A DNA stretch of 55,415 nt, filler included, from Streblomastix strix (Eukaryota): assembly GCA_008636045.1 (NCBI GenBank). It is 3 parts of 3 records of this genome, joined end to end, with 100 filler letters (N's around TTAATTAATTAA, not from the genome) between each part and the next. Parts side by side here need not be neighbours in the genome. Positions count along the whole stretch, not along the records: positions 18,532 to 36,930 come from SNRW01000608.1; positions 37,031 to 55,415 come from SNRW01000609.1; 1 more part is not named here. One strand, 5' to 3'. The position numbers and the translations under genes were made by a program. The notes beneath the pieces are model-generated. The model was not told the DNA's origin and made no database searches. It saw only the letters and a list, made by a program, of their open reading frames with translations. Below, in pieces: positions 27,484 to 40,459 of this stretch. The first letter of the stretch is position 1. Each line of letters opens with the position of its first letter.

Positions 27484-29018
27484 TCAAGATTAATTATAAA
27501 TCATTAGTTTAATTTCGAAATTATTATCGTTGAATTCTATATATTTATTGGGCACCGGAACGTTACTTTGCGGCAATGCATTCGGCTTCTTCTTCTGAGC
27601 TATATTTTTTAGGTCAACCTCTAGATTCTATTTTCTCTTGAATTTATTATGTCAATTGAATAGAATTAACTGCTTGATCGATTAAAGGAGCATGAAGTAC
27701 TTCATCATTATGACTGTATTATTTTTCAACTAATTTCGGAACGAGTTTCTTTGATTATCCTTTACGGATTTGTTTTGTTTCACTGATTGCTTGCATTTGC
27801 TTTTTATAAAAATTCTCAATTACTTATATTAAATTAACTTTTATAATTTGCTGGTAACGAATTTATATCATCACTAATGAATTTACAATAATATATTGCC
27901 AATTCAACTTAGCTAATTGGGCCATTTGATCTTAGTAATTTACATATCACATTATCATTCTTATAAGTGATGAATGTTGCTAATTCATTGAAACCTTTTC
28001 TTATTTTTGATGTTTTTATTTTTGTTCTTCCATAGTTTAGATGTATCATAATTATATTTCCAATATTGAATTCAAATTGAAGCTTATATTATTTTTAATA
28101 TTAAGTTATTTCCAATTATTTCAACTAATATCGTATGAATTAGCCCTCTAAATCTCCAGATTAATGAACTTATTAAGTTGAATATTTATTGTTGAATTCT
28201 ATATGTTTATTTTTATTGTATATCATTACCATTTATTTCATTAAATTATTATTAGACATTGAGTTACTATCCTCTCCAAACCCATCTTTAGTCGTTCTAA
28301 TCACACTATCGATTACTCGATTATGCTATATAAATGGAGATGAATTGAAGTATAAAGATATATTATTATCTGGACAGAATTTCTTAATCACATTATCTGT
28401 CAATCCTTTCTCTCCATCCGATCTAATATTGTTAACGTATTATGAATTTAATAATTTAGTTAATGCACCATTTAATTGTGCTACTAACTTATCAATTATT
28501 AGTATTATGACTAGATACTTTGTATTAATATTAATTGCAAATAAGTAAATTTATTCTCATTGTTTGACTCTATCGTATGAGAATGCAAGGTCAATTTCAT
28601 ATGATCCTGACTTTGGACTAAAGTATGGTCTTTGAAACTTCTTTAACTGTTTCAATTAATAATCTCATATTTAATTTTAGAATGCATTCTTATTCTTTGT
28701 TCTATATGGATTAATGAGAATGCGTTACTCTTCTATCTCTTATTTAGGTATTGGTTAAGGGCGTTTGGGTAATAATTAACGCTTTGGGACATTGTATTTC
28801 TAAGCTTCTGTTCTATAAATCTAATACCATTATTTCACAAACTTACATCCATATTTAATTATATCTGCATTATCTATAAATTCTTATGCTTCATCCTTGC
28901 TTCTAGTTATGTGCATATTTCTAATGAATACAGGTAATGTCTTCGGCTAAAGGTTCTGAGTAAGATATTCTATATTTAGAATCATTCTCTAATCAGTATC
29001 ACCAATATTCTAGTTCAT
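27484..29018 (-). pseudogene. Retroviral-like (rve) integrase of Polinton type
   Basis: RPYFSPKSGSYEIDL (D at 28590), YLFAININTKYL, NIRSDGEKG (D at 28416), HNRVIDSVIRT (D at 28308). In-frame TGAs and frameshifts are present. ATG at 29018; the 3' end is approximate. Confidence 0.85.
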
Positions 29019-29185
29019 TTTATATTCAAAAAATAATCATAGGATCATTTGCACAATTTCAATGCACAAGTAGCTTTGATTCCTGCTGCATATATAGCGT
29101 TCCAGAAAGAGTACCAATCAATATGGAGCTATTCAAGAGCATTAATGGCTACGGTAATATTTGCAATTATTGGTTCAAATGGCAT
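29017..29185 (-). CDS. Small hydrophobic element ORF (~55 codons, one internal TGA)
   Basis: MPFEPIIANITVAINALEQLHIDWYSFWNAIYAAGIKATCALKLCK*SYDYFLNIK*. The final TGA abuts or overlaps the integrase ATG. Confidence 0.4.
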
Positions 29186-29258
29186 ATCATTATATAAAAA
29201 TTAAACATTCATACATCAATCTTCTCAAATATCTATTCTAATTTATCTTTGTCATTTA

Positions 29259-29547
29259 TTCATATATCACTATAGTCTTCTAATATATTATGTATTCTAT
29301 TCTATTATGTATTCTAAACATTTAAATCTATTGCATCATTCTCTATATTCTATTTCAATAACTCTATTATCGATTGATATGATTATTTATTAATTTTTGC
29401 ATCTAATTTTTATTTGCATTTATCCAATCTTTCAAGAATTACTTATAGTTGCATCGATAATTTACATAAATCTCTTGCTAATTATATTGGTTGTATATAT
29501 TATTTAAGACAATTAATTACTTCATCTTGTTTCACTTGTATGCTCAT
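29259..29547 (-). CDS. Small helical element ORF (~95 aa), unknown function
   Basis: MSIQVKQDEVINCLKQYIQPIQLARDLCKLSMQLQVILERLDKCKQKLD... is open in code 6 and lies directly downstream of the polymerase. Confidence 0.5.
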
Positions 29548-29574
29548 TTTGATAAAGTAAAAATAAATTAAATT

Positions 29575-32500
29575 CTATTTAATAAAATAATCTGAGGCTT
29601 TCTTATTATTCATATATGGACAACACGATTGATTCTCTAATAATAGCATCTTAGTCAACGATCCTGATTTACCATTCTTTGTCATAGATAATTTGCTAAT
29701 TATTTTATTTTTTTATGCAAATATTGTATTAGCGACTTTCATTACAAAACCTGATTTAATATCATCCACAAATGTTTATTGATTTATATATGGATTTTAT
29801 CACAAAATATCACCTTTCGCTATTAGTCACACATCAACATACTCATCATTAATGACATAATTCTTAAGATTTAATGCAATACAATTTAATCCTTACTTTT
29901 CAATATATACTCCTAATATCATTCTCTAATTTTCTTCATTGAAGAAGAATCCTATATTTTTATTATAGAATTCAGTATCTTAAATTACTGTATCAAATCT
30001 TTATTCAGGATATCTATTTTTATCACCACTTATCGCTAATGTCAAGCTATCTGTATCCAATTATACAAAATACATCTTCGATTGATCGAATGCTTTATTC
30101 AAGAAATTAAATATGAAATTAATTTAAAAATATTTTGCAGATTCTAATATGAAGTATCTTACTTATAAGCAGTTATTGCAACTACAATATTCAGAATACA
30201 CCTATACTGCATGCAAGTTATCAGCAATTTCTGTATCATGAAAATGCGATTAAAATAAATGAGGTTAGAAAGTATGATCATCATCATATAATCTTATATT
30301 ACAATATATTTTTCGCGATTCAATATATCTCCTCCAAAAGCAAAGATCAAAATTTGTTTACAGATGGTATCAAACCCATCATTCTTCTATGATTTAGTAT
30401 CTACACGCAATTGCAAAAAATCTTTAACGAATCCATTAAATTTATCATGTTAACTGAATGAAGTTGCCAATTTAATCTCATCTATAATAAAATGAAAGTG
30501 ATCTATTAATAGCCATAAATAATAGTTGTTGAATGACATTATTTCATTATATGTAACGACTAAATTTGTTCATTTTCTTTCCATTTTATCTCTTGGCAAT
30601 TTGTTATCATCTAAATGTTTATACATATATTTCCCAATAGTTTCTTCATTAGTCATTTTATTAATGTTTCTGATAATTGGACCAAAATTAATGCAATAAT
30701 TAATGTAATTATCATCAATATGTCCACGAACTTGTGCTCTGGATAATAGTATAGGTTTACGTGCTTTTTCATTTTCTATGAATCAATTTTAATTGAAAAT
30801 TATCTCATTACATCTATGCTAATCTACTATAAATTCGAGCACTTATGCGCACATATATATCTTATTGCAAGTACATTGGATGAATGGATGCATTTATGAA
30901 TTTTTAATTGATGCATATTAATTATCAAAATCTAATTAAATCAGTTGCGTCATTACATGTTCTGAATCAATTGAATATACTTTTTTATCCTAGTATTCCA
31001 GATGATTAATCCTAGTTTCTCCTGCTACATTATATCTAAGTAATACATTACTCAATCCACCAGTTATATCCTTTCTAATGATTTAATATACCTCCTAGTT
31101 CGTTAAAGTCATTGGTAGCTGTTTCAGTAAGCTATATTTCTTTAGTTATATCATTAATTTCATTTATTTTTCATCTCTAGTACCTTTATACTTGTTATAG
31201 AACAAACAATATGGGAGTACATTGTCTTTCGAATGACCCAATTCATTATTGATCATATCTAATGTTGGACAATTCTTCTATGAAAATTTACCATTACGGA
31301 TATAACATCGTTATTTTTCGAATAATTCTTTAAAATATTTATAATCACTAATCGTTACATTATTACTTGAATCTATATTCTTTTTCAAACTTATTCAATA
31401 TAGCTCTCAATCTTAGCAGTCCAATAAAGCATAATTATGTAAATAGATTTATCAGTATCTTCTATGTTATAATCTCCATTCATTGTAAAATCTTCATATG
31501 CACTTGAATATTTAATAGCATTAGCGCATTAAGACATACTAAACGCAGCAAGCATATCTATGTTATATTTTAACATCATCGTGATTAAGTTATCTGTAGG
31601 CTCTATCATAATGCGTGTGTCTTATATATTATATGACCTTGCTTAATCCCATCGAGTTGTGAACTTCGCTGCTTTGACCAGATACTCTTAAAATATAGCT
31701 TTACTTATTGATTTATTCCTTAATTTATTCTCGAATGCTTCTCTAGGAAATGGTTCCGATTTATCCAATTCAATAGCATAATTATTAAAATCTATTCATA
31801 AGGAAATTTTCCTTTTTATATAGTTCATCCTCTGATAATTCGAACGAACTTCTTAAGTGTCATCTTAGTACAATAAATCAATGCATCAATGAATCTTAGC
31901 TATATATGAGAAACGTTATGTCGAACTATTATCTATTTAGCAACTGTTCCAGTACTAATATGTTTAATTATTCTCCAATTCTTTGATTTCAAAATCTTAA
32001 ACATTAATGATACATCAAACTTAGCAAAATTAAAGCCTATTATCTGCATTTCAAAATGTTGTGGTATACTTTCATCCTCATACTTATTATCTGTCTTTAT
32101 TTGCTTCGCTTCTTCGAATATCTAGTCTAACCATTAATCCAAAAAGTTAGCTTATCAAATATCATAGCTGAATGAATGGATACCTGATTTGTTCTTGACA
32201 GTTGATGCAATACAATAAGCAATGAGATAAGATGTGACTGTTGAATATTCTCCATAATTTTACTAGATAAATTTCTAGAATGTCTCTATGTCATAAGTTA
32301 TATAATATTCAGTTGGTTTAATTTCACTCTCTCTATCATTCACAAATAAATATCTATAACAAATATTATTAAGTATATGAGGAACGAATGGTCGAGCAAA
32401 TTTCTCTAAGATAACTTTATCAACAGTCTTTCCTTTATTTTTCTTACATTTTTTCATATGTCTCTTCATATCTCTATTTATATTAGGATTCGATATCTTA

Positions 32501-33720
32501 AACGCTTATAATTTGCATATATCACAGTAACGATATCCAGTTAATGCCTAGACATCTGAGACATATAAAATATGTGCGTTTACCCCATTATTTATGAGAA
32601 GCGCATTAAAGTCTCTATCTGATGTATCACATTTATAATGATGGATAGCGTAATAACTAGGTGATTAATCTTTATCTCCATACGTAAACACATGCACATT
32701 AATTTATTCGCTATCGATGAACTACTCGATGTCTGTTGCAAAGTTGAAGCCTTAATATAAATCATCAAATTCTTTTCCATAAATTCTTTTAAATATTCTC
32801 TTTCCTTCAGCGATTCTAGAACAGTCTTTCCATCGTTTTTCCTTAGAGTTAGGCATTGTAATGAAGCTATAAGCAGTAAAGAAGCATAGATTCTATTTGC
32901 ATTCTACATAGTAAACCTCTATTCGTTTGATATGTTTCTATAACGATGGAATAGCTGCACCTGCTAATGAAAATTTATAAACTCATATCATAATTGAGAA
33001 TATTGCTACTTTTTTTTAAAGAATATTTTCTTATGTTCTCTCTTACATACTTGCAATAACGACACGTATAAAATGCTAATAACTTTCTATATTTATATCC
33101 GATTTTATAATTATTTGAACTCTTCTTTCTGTATTGGCATCTACTGGAATTATGTATTTGTAGCTAACCTTTTATTCTTTTCGATCATATTCTGATGTCT
33201 CAATTATCGTACCAAAATCAGAACTTATCTTAAATGCAGAACGCTATTCCTGTCGATAAATTTAATCAAGAAATGAATCAATTTAATTTAAAATAGCTAA
33301 ATTTCTATTATATAGTTTTGTTGGTTTCTATCTTGGATCAATGTTATTATTAACTGAGAATGTTAATGTTGAAGTATTTTCATCATGCCTTTATAGACCT
33401 TTATTCTTTAACAGATTAAATTTAAATTCATCAGCTGCATCACTTAGAATTATAACATTATTTTCTTATGTATAATGGAATGGTCCAATTATATTTTTTT
33501 ATTCATCTTATCAATCTCTTCTTCATTTGTTTTGAATATATAATCTAAGTTTAGATCTGGAATATTATGAAAGTCCTCTAATGTTTATCGATTATATATA
33601 TCATTAAAATGTTCAAGCTAGCGTTCATGACGTTATTCTTGCTATGGAAATTCCAAGATAATTATTTCATTTTATCTTTCATCTATTTTCTTTATAATTT
33701 TATTTGTTATTCCTTTTCCC
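29575..33720 (-). pseudogene. Protein-primed family B DNA polymerase with N-terminal extension (putative terminal-protein region, OTU-like protease, C2HC zinc finger)
   Basis: ExoI YITYDIET (~32280-32305), ExoII IIGFNFAKFD (~32015-32045), RFIDA, GKFPY, ITGGLS, degenerate motif A DFDNQYAS (~30912-30935), motif B CKQILIFAFGG (~30330-30362), motif C DTDS (30046-30057). Also NLCFFTA...HIFYV and CDIC...KRHMKKC. Several stops and frameshifts. Confidence 0.88.
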
Positions 33721-36578
33721 TAATTATTTTTCAGCATGTTCAATTATTGTCAATTCAACAGCATATTCATCGATAATTCGTTATATCTAACAGCATACAA
33801 TATTTATTATTATCAAATAATTCTTCAACTCCATATCTGAATGTCTCCATGATTCAACCAATTCGATTCTTATATCATCTTTGAAAAAATTAAAGTGATT
33901 AATAATTGCATCATCAACTTTAGACCTTGATGCTCTAATGATTTCTATTTTTGCTTCTGTAGTTGGTATATCTCTTAGATTAAACTAACAAATATCTCTA
34001 GTCATAATGAATGTGAGTAAGTTATTATAAAAATCTTCATCAAAACTATTGCAAAGGTTTGTGAAGTAAGCTAGATCTCCACGATGAACTAGATTACATT
34101 CGCATATAACATAACGTCTATCATTATTCTAAATCTTCAATGGATAGATATTATTTGTAACAATCATTACATTCACTACATTTTATACTTCATGCTTAAG
34201 AACAAATATCTCATTAATCACAAATGAATCTTCGGTAATTATTGATTTTAATGCGTCCATATTCGACTTTCTTGATTCTCCAAAGTTTTTCATATCATTC
34301 ACAATTGCTAACATCTTATTCTCAATAGCATTATTGAATTTTCCTACAAAATAATCTATATCAGTAATATTTTAGATAAAAATTCTGCTAATAATTCACA
34401 TAAGACATTAATGAAAACATTCTTTCCAATACTTTATAATCCTTGAAGTATAATTGAAGTTTCAGTTTTCTTTCCGACATTACGCACAATAAATGCAAAC
34501 CAATTTAATAAATATTCATAAATTCATTCATCGTTTGTCGGGATTGTATCTTTCATTAACGCTAGGAATTATTCTATTTTTATCTAATTCACTTCATCTA
34601 GTTGGGTATATTTGAATTCTTAGAATACGCTGAATATTTCTTCATTATCACTAATGAATTTTATATCTAATTTCTCGAATAATGAATGATATTATTCTAA
34701 TGTATCAATTGCTGTGATATTTTTCTTTCCATCAGCCTACAATCTAATTGAACATAATTAATCATATATCGCTGACTTACTCCATAATTTATTACATTAT
34801 CCGCAGTGAGATAATTGCACTCTTTAATGATCTAACATCATCCATTCTAACAAGGTATAATCCTTATTATTTTAACAAATATTATGCAACTAACTCTAAT
34901 TTATTCTAATATTTGCCATTTAATGCTTTGTTTGATACATCCTTTAATATGAATGGATCAATCAGATCAATCTCATTCATCTCAATTGATTTCACAACTG
35001 TTTCAATTTTCTATTATTTCGTTGCTTCATATGTCTTAATGATTAAAGGATTCAGAGTAGATTCATAGTAATCTTCACTATGAAATTTAATGACTTTCGT
35101 TAATATCCATACAGTAGATTTACTAGAATAACGTCATTTTCTTTCGCTCCAATGTTCATGTGCTTTAGCTGTTAAACAATTATTTGCGTAAACAGTTAAA
35201 TAAGCTTATTCTTTGTAATAATCACTTCTTGCTCATTTCAAACCATTATTATCCATGAATAAAGGTAGTAAACTAGCCTCTCCTTCTAATGTGTTTGTAT
35301 CATTGTGAATAATTAGTCCTTTCAATCTTTCAATACATGCATCTGTAATTCCAACAGGCATTATATCAATTATGCAATCTTCATTAATTTTGCAAAAATA
35401 GTTATCTTTTGTAGTTAAGTCAAGATTCCATTTACCAAGAATTTCATATAATGAAGCCAGATGTGTTGCATTAGACCAATTATTAAGTTGCTTCAAATGA
35501 AGTATCTCTTTCTTTTGAACCCCTTTATCCATGATTTTCACTTAGCTATCAGGTAGTTCGACTCTATTTTCAACTAATTTACCATCTTTATGAGTGCACA
35601 TTTATGCAAATATATCAATCTCTAAGCTATCTCCAAATGTTCTTACTTTTCATTTTTGTTTTAAGGTAATTTGTATCCATTTCTGTTGCAACATGCGTGT
35701 ATTCCACCTCTTACAGTTTATTCTAACCAAACATTTTGAGATAACATATTATTGATAATATTTTAACGAATTTTCTCTTTCTCTTCTTCGATTAATTTAC
35801 CTGCATGATCAATATCAAAATCAATAATACATAAATTATTATATCTTAATAAACAAAAATCAATTGCATTTCCAATTAACAATACATTTTTCGGTTTATC
35901 ATCAGCAAATTTCCGATATTCATTTAAGTCAACTGCTGCACCTTCAATTCTTTCTTTAAGTGTTCTGGATTATATTAAATTTTTAGCTGCATCAAATGCT
36001 TCTCTAATAATCTTGCTGAATTATTCATATTCACTCATTGGTTTCTCACGTTCTTCTTACATCAATTTCAAGCGTGGCAATTTAGCTGCGATTCTTTGCT
36101 TATCTTTATTAATATCTTGTTCGTTGATGACTTCATTAATTCTCTTATCAAACTCCTCTTTCTTTTTCTACTTTGATTCATATTCATCTTCTTCTCTCCA
36201 TTATTTTTCTAATCTATATGCTTCTTATTATTTAACAGCCATTGTTGGCTAATTTCCTACAGTATTGCATAAATCAAATAAGATTTTCTCATGTTTCACT
36301 TTAATTGTATGTTCAATTATAGGATTATTTATGGACTCATTTTGGAGTGATACGGCTATCACTTCATTAGCGATTCCACTAATGATTCGTACATCTTTTG
36401 CAATATCTTTATTCATCATTTATTTCATCAATGCTTTAATTTTCCCAAATAGTTTTGATTTACGATTATATTGTCTTTCTAATCCTTTCTCAATTGTTAC
36501 ATGTTTAATGTTTGTTGGTTAGTTCATGATTGATTCAAAGAATTTACTATCTTCGAGTTCATTTTCCAATTATGCCAT
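33679..36578 (-). pseudogene. AEP primase-SF3 helicase, copy 2 (inside the Polinton-like cassette)
   Basis: ATG at 36578. LCIIDFDIDH (~35806-35835), QTVRGGIHAC, WSNATHLASLYEILGKWN (copy 1: WENVSHLASLREILDKWN), YEYLLNWFAFIV, Walker A LQGLQSIGKN, GKFNNAIENK, IVTNN, NDRRYV. In-frame TGA at 35233 plus frameshifts. Confidence 0.9.
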
Positions 36579-36803
36579 TTTGGTTTACAATTAAAATGTT
36601 AAGATTAGTTGATAAAAATAAATTTATTTAGATTAACTTATTTAACTGTCCATCTGTCTTACTGTCCGAAATCTTTTAGGTTGAAGCTCAGACCGTGTGC
36701 AACCAAGTGACTATGTGCATTGGTTTATTTGAATAAATTTCTCTATAACCTCTTAATTCGACGCATTCATAACTAAAACTCCATCGTTGCACATAACTTA
36801 ATT

Positions 36804-36930
36804 CTATCATTATTATTACTAAAGGATAATTTTGGTTTTCTTTTATGTTTATTATCAAATAATAAGAAATGGAAAAGGCAGAAAGAGCTCTTTCAAAAGT
36901 AACCGCTGAAATGGGATGAATAAATTAAAT
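36804..36930. repeat. 127-bp inverted repeat, right copy (inverted duplicate of the COMMD4 3' end)
   Basis: Exact reverse complement of 18532-18658. It directly abuts element sequence on the left and the N gap on the right. Confidence 0.95.
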
Positions 36931-37030
36931 NNNNNNNNNNNNNNNNNNNNNNNNNNNNNNNNNNNNNNNNNNNNTTAATTAATTAANNNNNNNNNNNNNN
37001 NNNNNNNNNNNNNNNNNNNNNNNNNNNNNN
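36931..37030. other. Scaffold gap with artificial TTAATTAATTAA spacer
   Basis: N run with the spacer at 36975-36986. Confidence 0.9.
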
Positions 37031-37260
37031 TAATATAATATAATATAATATAATATAATATAATATAATATAATATAATATAATATATAATATAATAAAA
37101 TAATATATTATAATATAATATAATATAAAATAATATAATAAATATAATATATAATATAATAAATTTATAATATAATATAGTATAATATAATATAGTATAA
37201 TATAATATATAATATAATATAATATATAATATAATATATAATTAATATAATATATAATTA
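37031..37260. repeat. (TAATA)n pentanucleotide microsatellite in a WDR35 intron
   Basis: Perfect TAATA units at the gap edge that degenerate rightwards. The WDR35 donor GT is at 37267. Confidence 0.9.
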
Positions 37261-37267
37261 ATTAAAC

Positions 37268-40200
37268 TCAGTGAATATCTTAAGAGAAAGATCAGTTAAT
37301 GCTTATAAATTGAGTGAAGAAGATCTTATTATTTTATCTTAGTCTCCTTCATCCACTTTATCTTATTATAAATTCAATCCTAACAATTATATTGATTATT
37401 ATCCACTTCCATTTGTATTCACATTTTAATCCTTTCTTTAATTTATCTTCTTTTTCTTATTTATTAGTTTATATGAATTAGAAGATTGAGATGCAAGATC
37501 TTCTAATTGACTTAATGCCAATGAACATTATTTATAATGATGACATAAGAATGCAGATGATGCTAATAATGAATATACAGTTACTGCGTCTACAAATTCA
37601 TCTGATCCTCCCTATCCATTACCAGTATATGCTATTAATCTTGTAGCTGTTGCCATTGCTTATGAGAATTTCTATTCATAAAACTATTTATGTGCTAATA
37701 TAAAGAAATGCCAAGCTTCTGCACCTCTCCATACTATCTCTAAGTTTGAATCAAATCTAGAAGCAGCATCATCCTATAATAATCGATCTACTGCCTAATA
37801 TGTACTAAATTGTTATTATTATTTCCCTTATTATTATACTGGTTAAGAAAATAATTTGGATCTGAATTATTCTATCTCTAATCCAGCTAATACATATATC
37901 TTCTTGGTTCTTAATGGGTTAGTTGTATTTCTACTCAATGAATGAGCAAGATCTGCTAATACTCTCGCGGCTTCTAAATGCTTTCCTGCTCTATGATACC
38001 TATTATATATGTAATATAATATAATACATAAAAAATCTAATAATGTATAATAATAATATTCATACAACTCAACAGCTTAAGGAATAGCTTTCCTATCAAG
38101 AAGATATTATGCATATTTAGCCAAAAGCGAATCAATTTCTCCTATTCCATGCTTCTCTGCAAGTTCAAGTGCAATATCCCACTATTTATATATAATACAT
38201 AAAATGAATATATCTTTTCATTATTATTATTTATATATAATATTAATATCTAAATATTAAGTATTATGAATATGAAAAATAAACCTAATTAAGTAGTACG
38301 CATGAATTAATCGCTAAATTAATATTTCCTAATTTCAAAAAAGCATTTAATGCATGTTCAGCTATTCCAAGTGTGGTGAACATATTTCCTATCTGAAAAA
38401 ATATTAATAAATATTTATCAGTAAAAAAAAGTTGAAATAATATATATCATTCTTTGATTTATTTCTTATTTATAAATAATGTAATAATATATATTAAATA
38501 TTAAAATAACCTCATGAAGAAGAGGATCTTTATTTGGAAGAGATACAATCATCCTTTCTAATGATTAAAAATCTTCAGTTAAATAATAACATTAAATTAA
38601 CCTTGCATTATTTCCTCCTCTTTTAAAATATCTTATTGCTTTACTCCTACAATATTATTATAAGAATTAATTAATATGAAATAATAATAATAATAATATC
38701 AATAAAGTAAATATGTTATAAAGTAATAATATAAATGAATATAACCAATTTTATCTATCAGCATGATATTCACCCATTTCATTACAAGCAATGCGAAGAA
38801 GATTATCATCAATTATTCCACCAGCTTCAATAACTCTTCTTCTCCTTTTTCTTCGTGCAACACTTCCATCTTCATCTTCTTCTTCTTCATCATCTTCTTC
38901 TTCTTCATCATCATCTTCATCTTCTTCTTCAATTTCTTCACTTAACTTTATATCCTCTTCTTCTTCTTCTTCATCTTCATCATCTTCTTGTTCTTATTAT
39001 TCATCTTCTTCTTCATTATCATTTCCTTTCTTCTTTATTCTTTTCTTTTCTATATCTTTTTATTTCCCTTTCTATTTCTATTTGTTTCCTTTCTTCTTCT
39101 TTTCTTTTCTTTTCTTCAATCTGTCAGCTGCAGCTGAATATCTTATTATATTCCCCCAATCTCCTAATCTCATTCTCATTGTTACTGCAAGATCTAATCT
39201 GTCTTCTTTCAAGTACACATCTTCTGCTTTATCTGAGTTGCCCATATACATATGAACTTCAGCTAACTATAATGGTTTAGACTGTTATATCCATTACATA
39301 TTAATAAAATAATTCACTTATATTGTTTATAATAATTAAAATAATATAAATATTTCTTATAACAATATTTTATAATAAACCTCAATAACTTTCAGTTTCT
39401 TAATAAGCCTTATTCCAGAATAATATTTCCCCAATGCAAATGTTTTTTCAGCAACTTATAAATCTAATTTCAATAATGCAGCTTCAGCCAACATTTCACA
39501 CAATCTATGATGAGGATGGTCCTTAATAAAATTAAAAGCATCTTGTAATGCAGATCTTTTGATTAATTCAGTTGTATTTCTGAGTGATTTAGTTGTATGA
39601 TGTTTAATATGCTCTATCTCTGGCTGTTTTGGAGTTACTAATAAATCATCTAAAGCAACAGTTATAACTTCTAAATCCTTAAATTATGCTATATAAGAGT
39701 TATTATAGAGAATTGGGTCTTCAGCTTCTTCATTCTGATATATATTCAATTTAGTCTTTTCAGTGAATGCAAACATATCTGCAAAGTCTTAACTGAATTT
39801 AGCATCCCAACATCCTCTCTTCTCAAGTTGAACCCTAAATAAAGGTCTAAAAGGAACATTTGCTACTGAAGATGATGATGTGACATTTACTCCTAATAAA
39901 TCACTTCCTTAGATTCCTGCATTCTTAACTCCTTTCTTTTATAGCAATGATTTCTTAATTGGAGACATTTAGAACCCATCTCCTGCACTTAATCCTATTT
40001 CTTATTCTTTTCCAATTTATTTCTTATCTTATTCTTTTTAATCTTCATCTTCTGCATTTACAACATCTAATTTATATAATCCTACAATCCCTGCCATATC
40101 AACTGCAAGTAACATCGAATTATTACTATTAATTGACATTGATTTAATATGGTTTGCTAATTATACTGAATATTTATGAGTTAAGAATTAATTATTCTAT

Positions 40201-40377
40201 TAATTAGGTTATTATTATGACTAAGATGAAATTATTGATTGTTTGCTTTACAGTTAATATCTGTTTATTACTCCATTTGTTCTGGCAATGAATAAAACAG
40301 GAGCATTTGGAGCAAGAGCTATACTTGTAATTGGATGAAGAGAACGGCTGAATATAGAATAAATAAATAAATAAATT

Positions 40378-40459
<82 letters not shown>

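Larger units (their letters stand above)
27484..36803 (-). mobile_element. Degenerate Polinton/Maverick-like self-synthesizing element without recognisable capsid genes
   Basis: Co-oriented, intronless, tightly packed primase-helicase, pPolB, two small ORFs and rve integrase. Termini not identified, so the boundaries are approximate. Confidence 0.85.

Noticed and set aside
37031..37260. (TAATA)n as a telomere or CRISPR-like array
   Set aside because: No spacers and no G-rich strand; it lies just past a WDR35 splice donor, so it is an intronic microsatellite.
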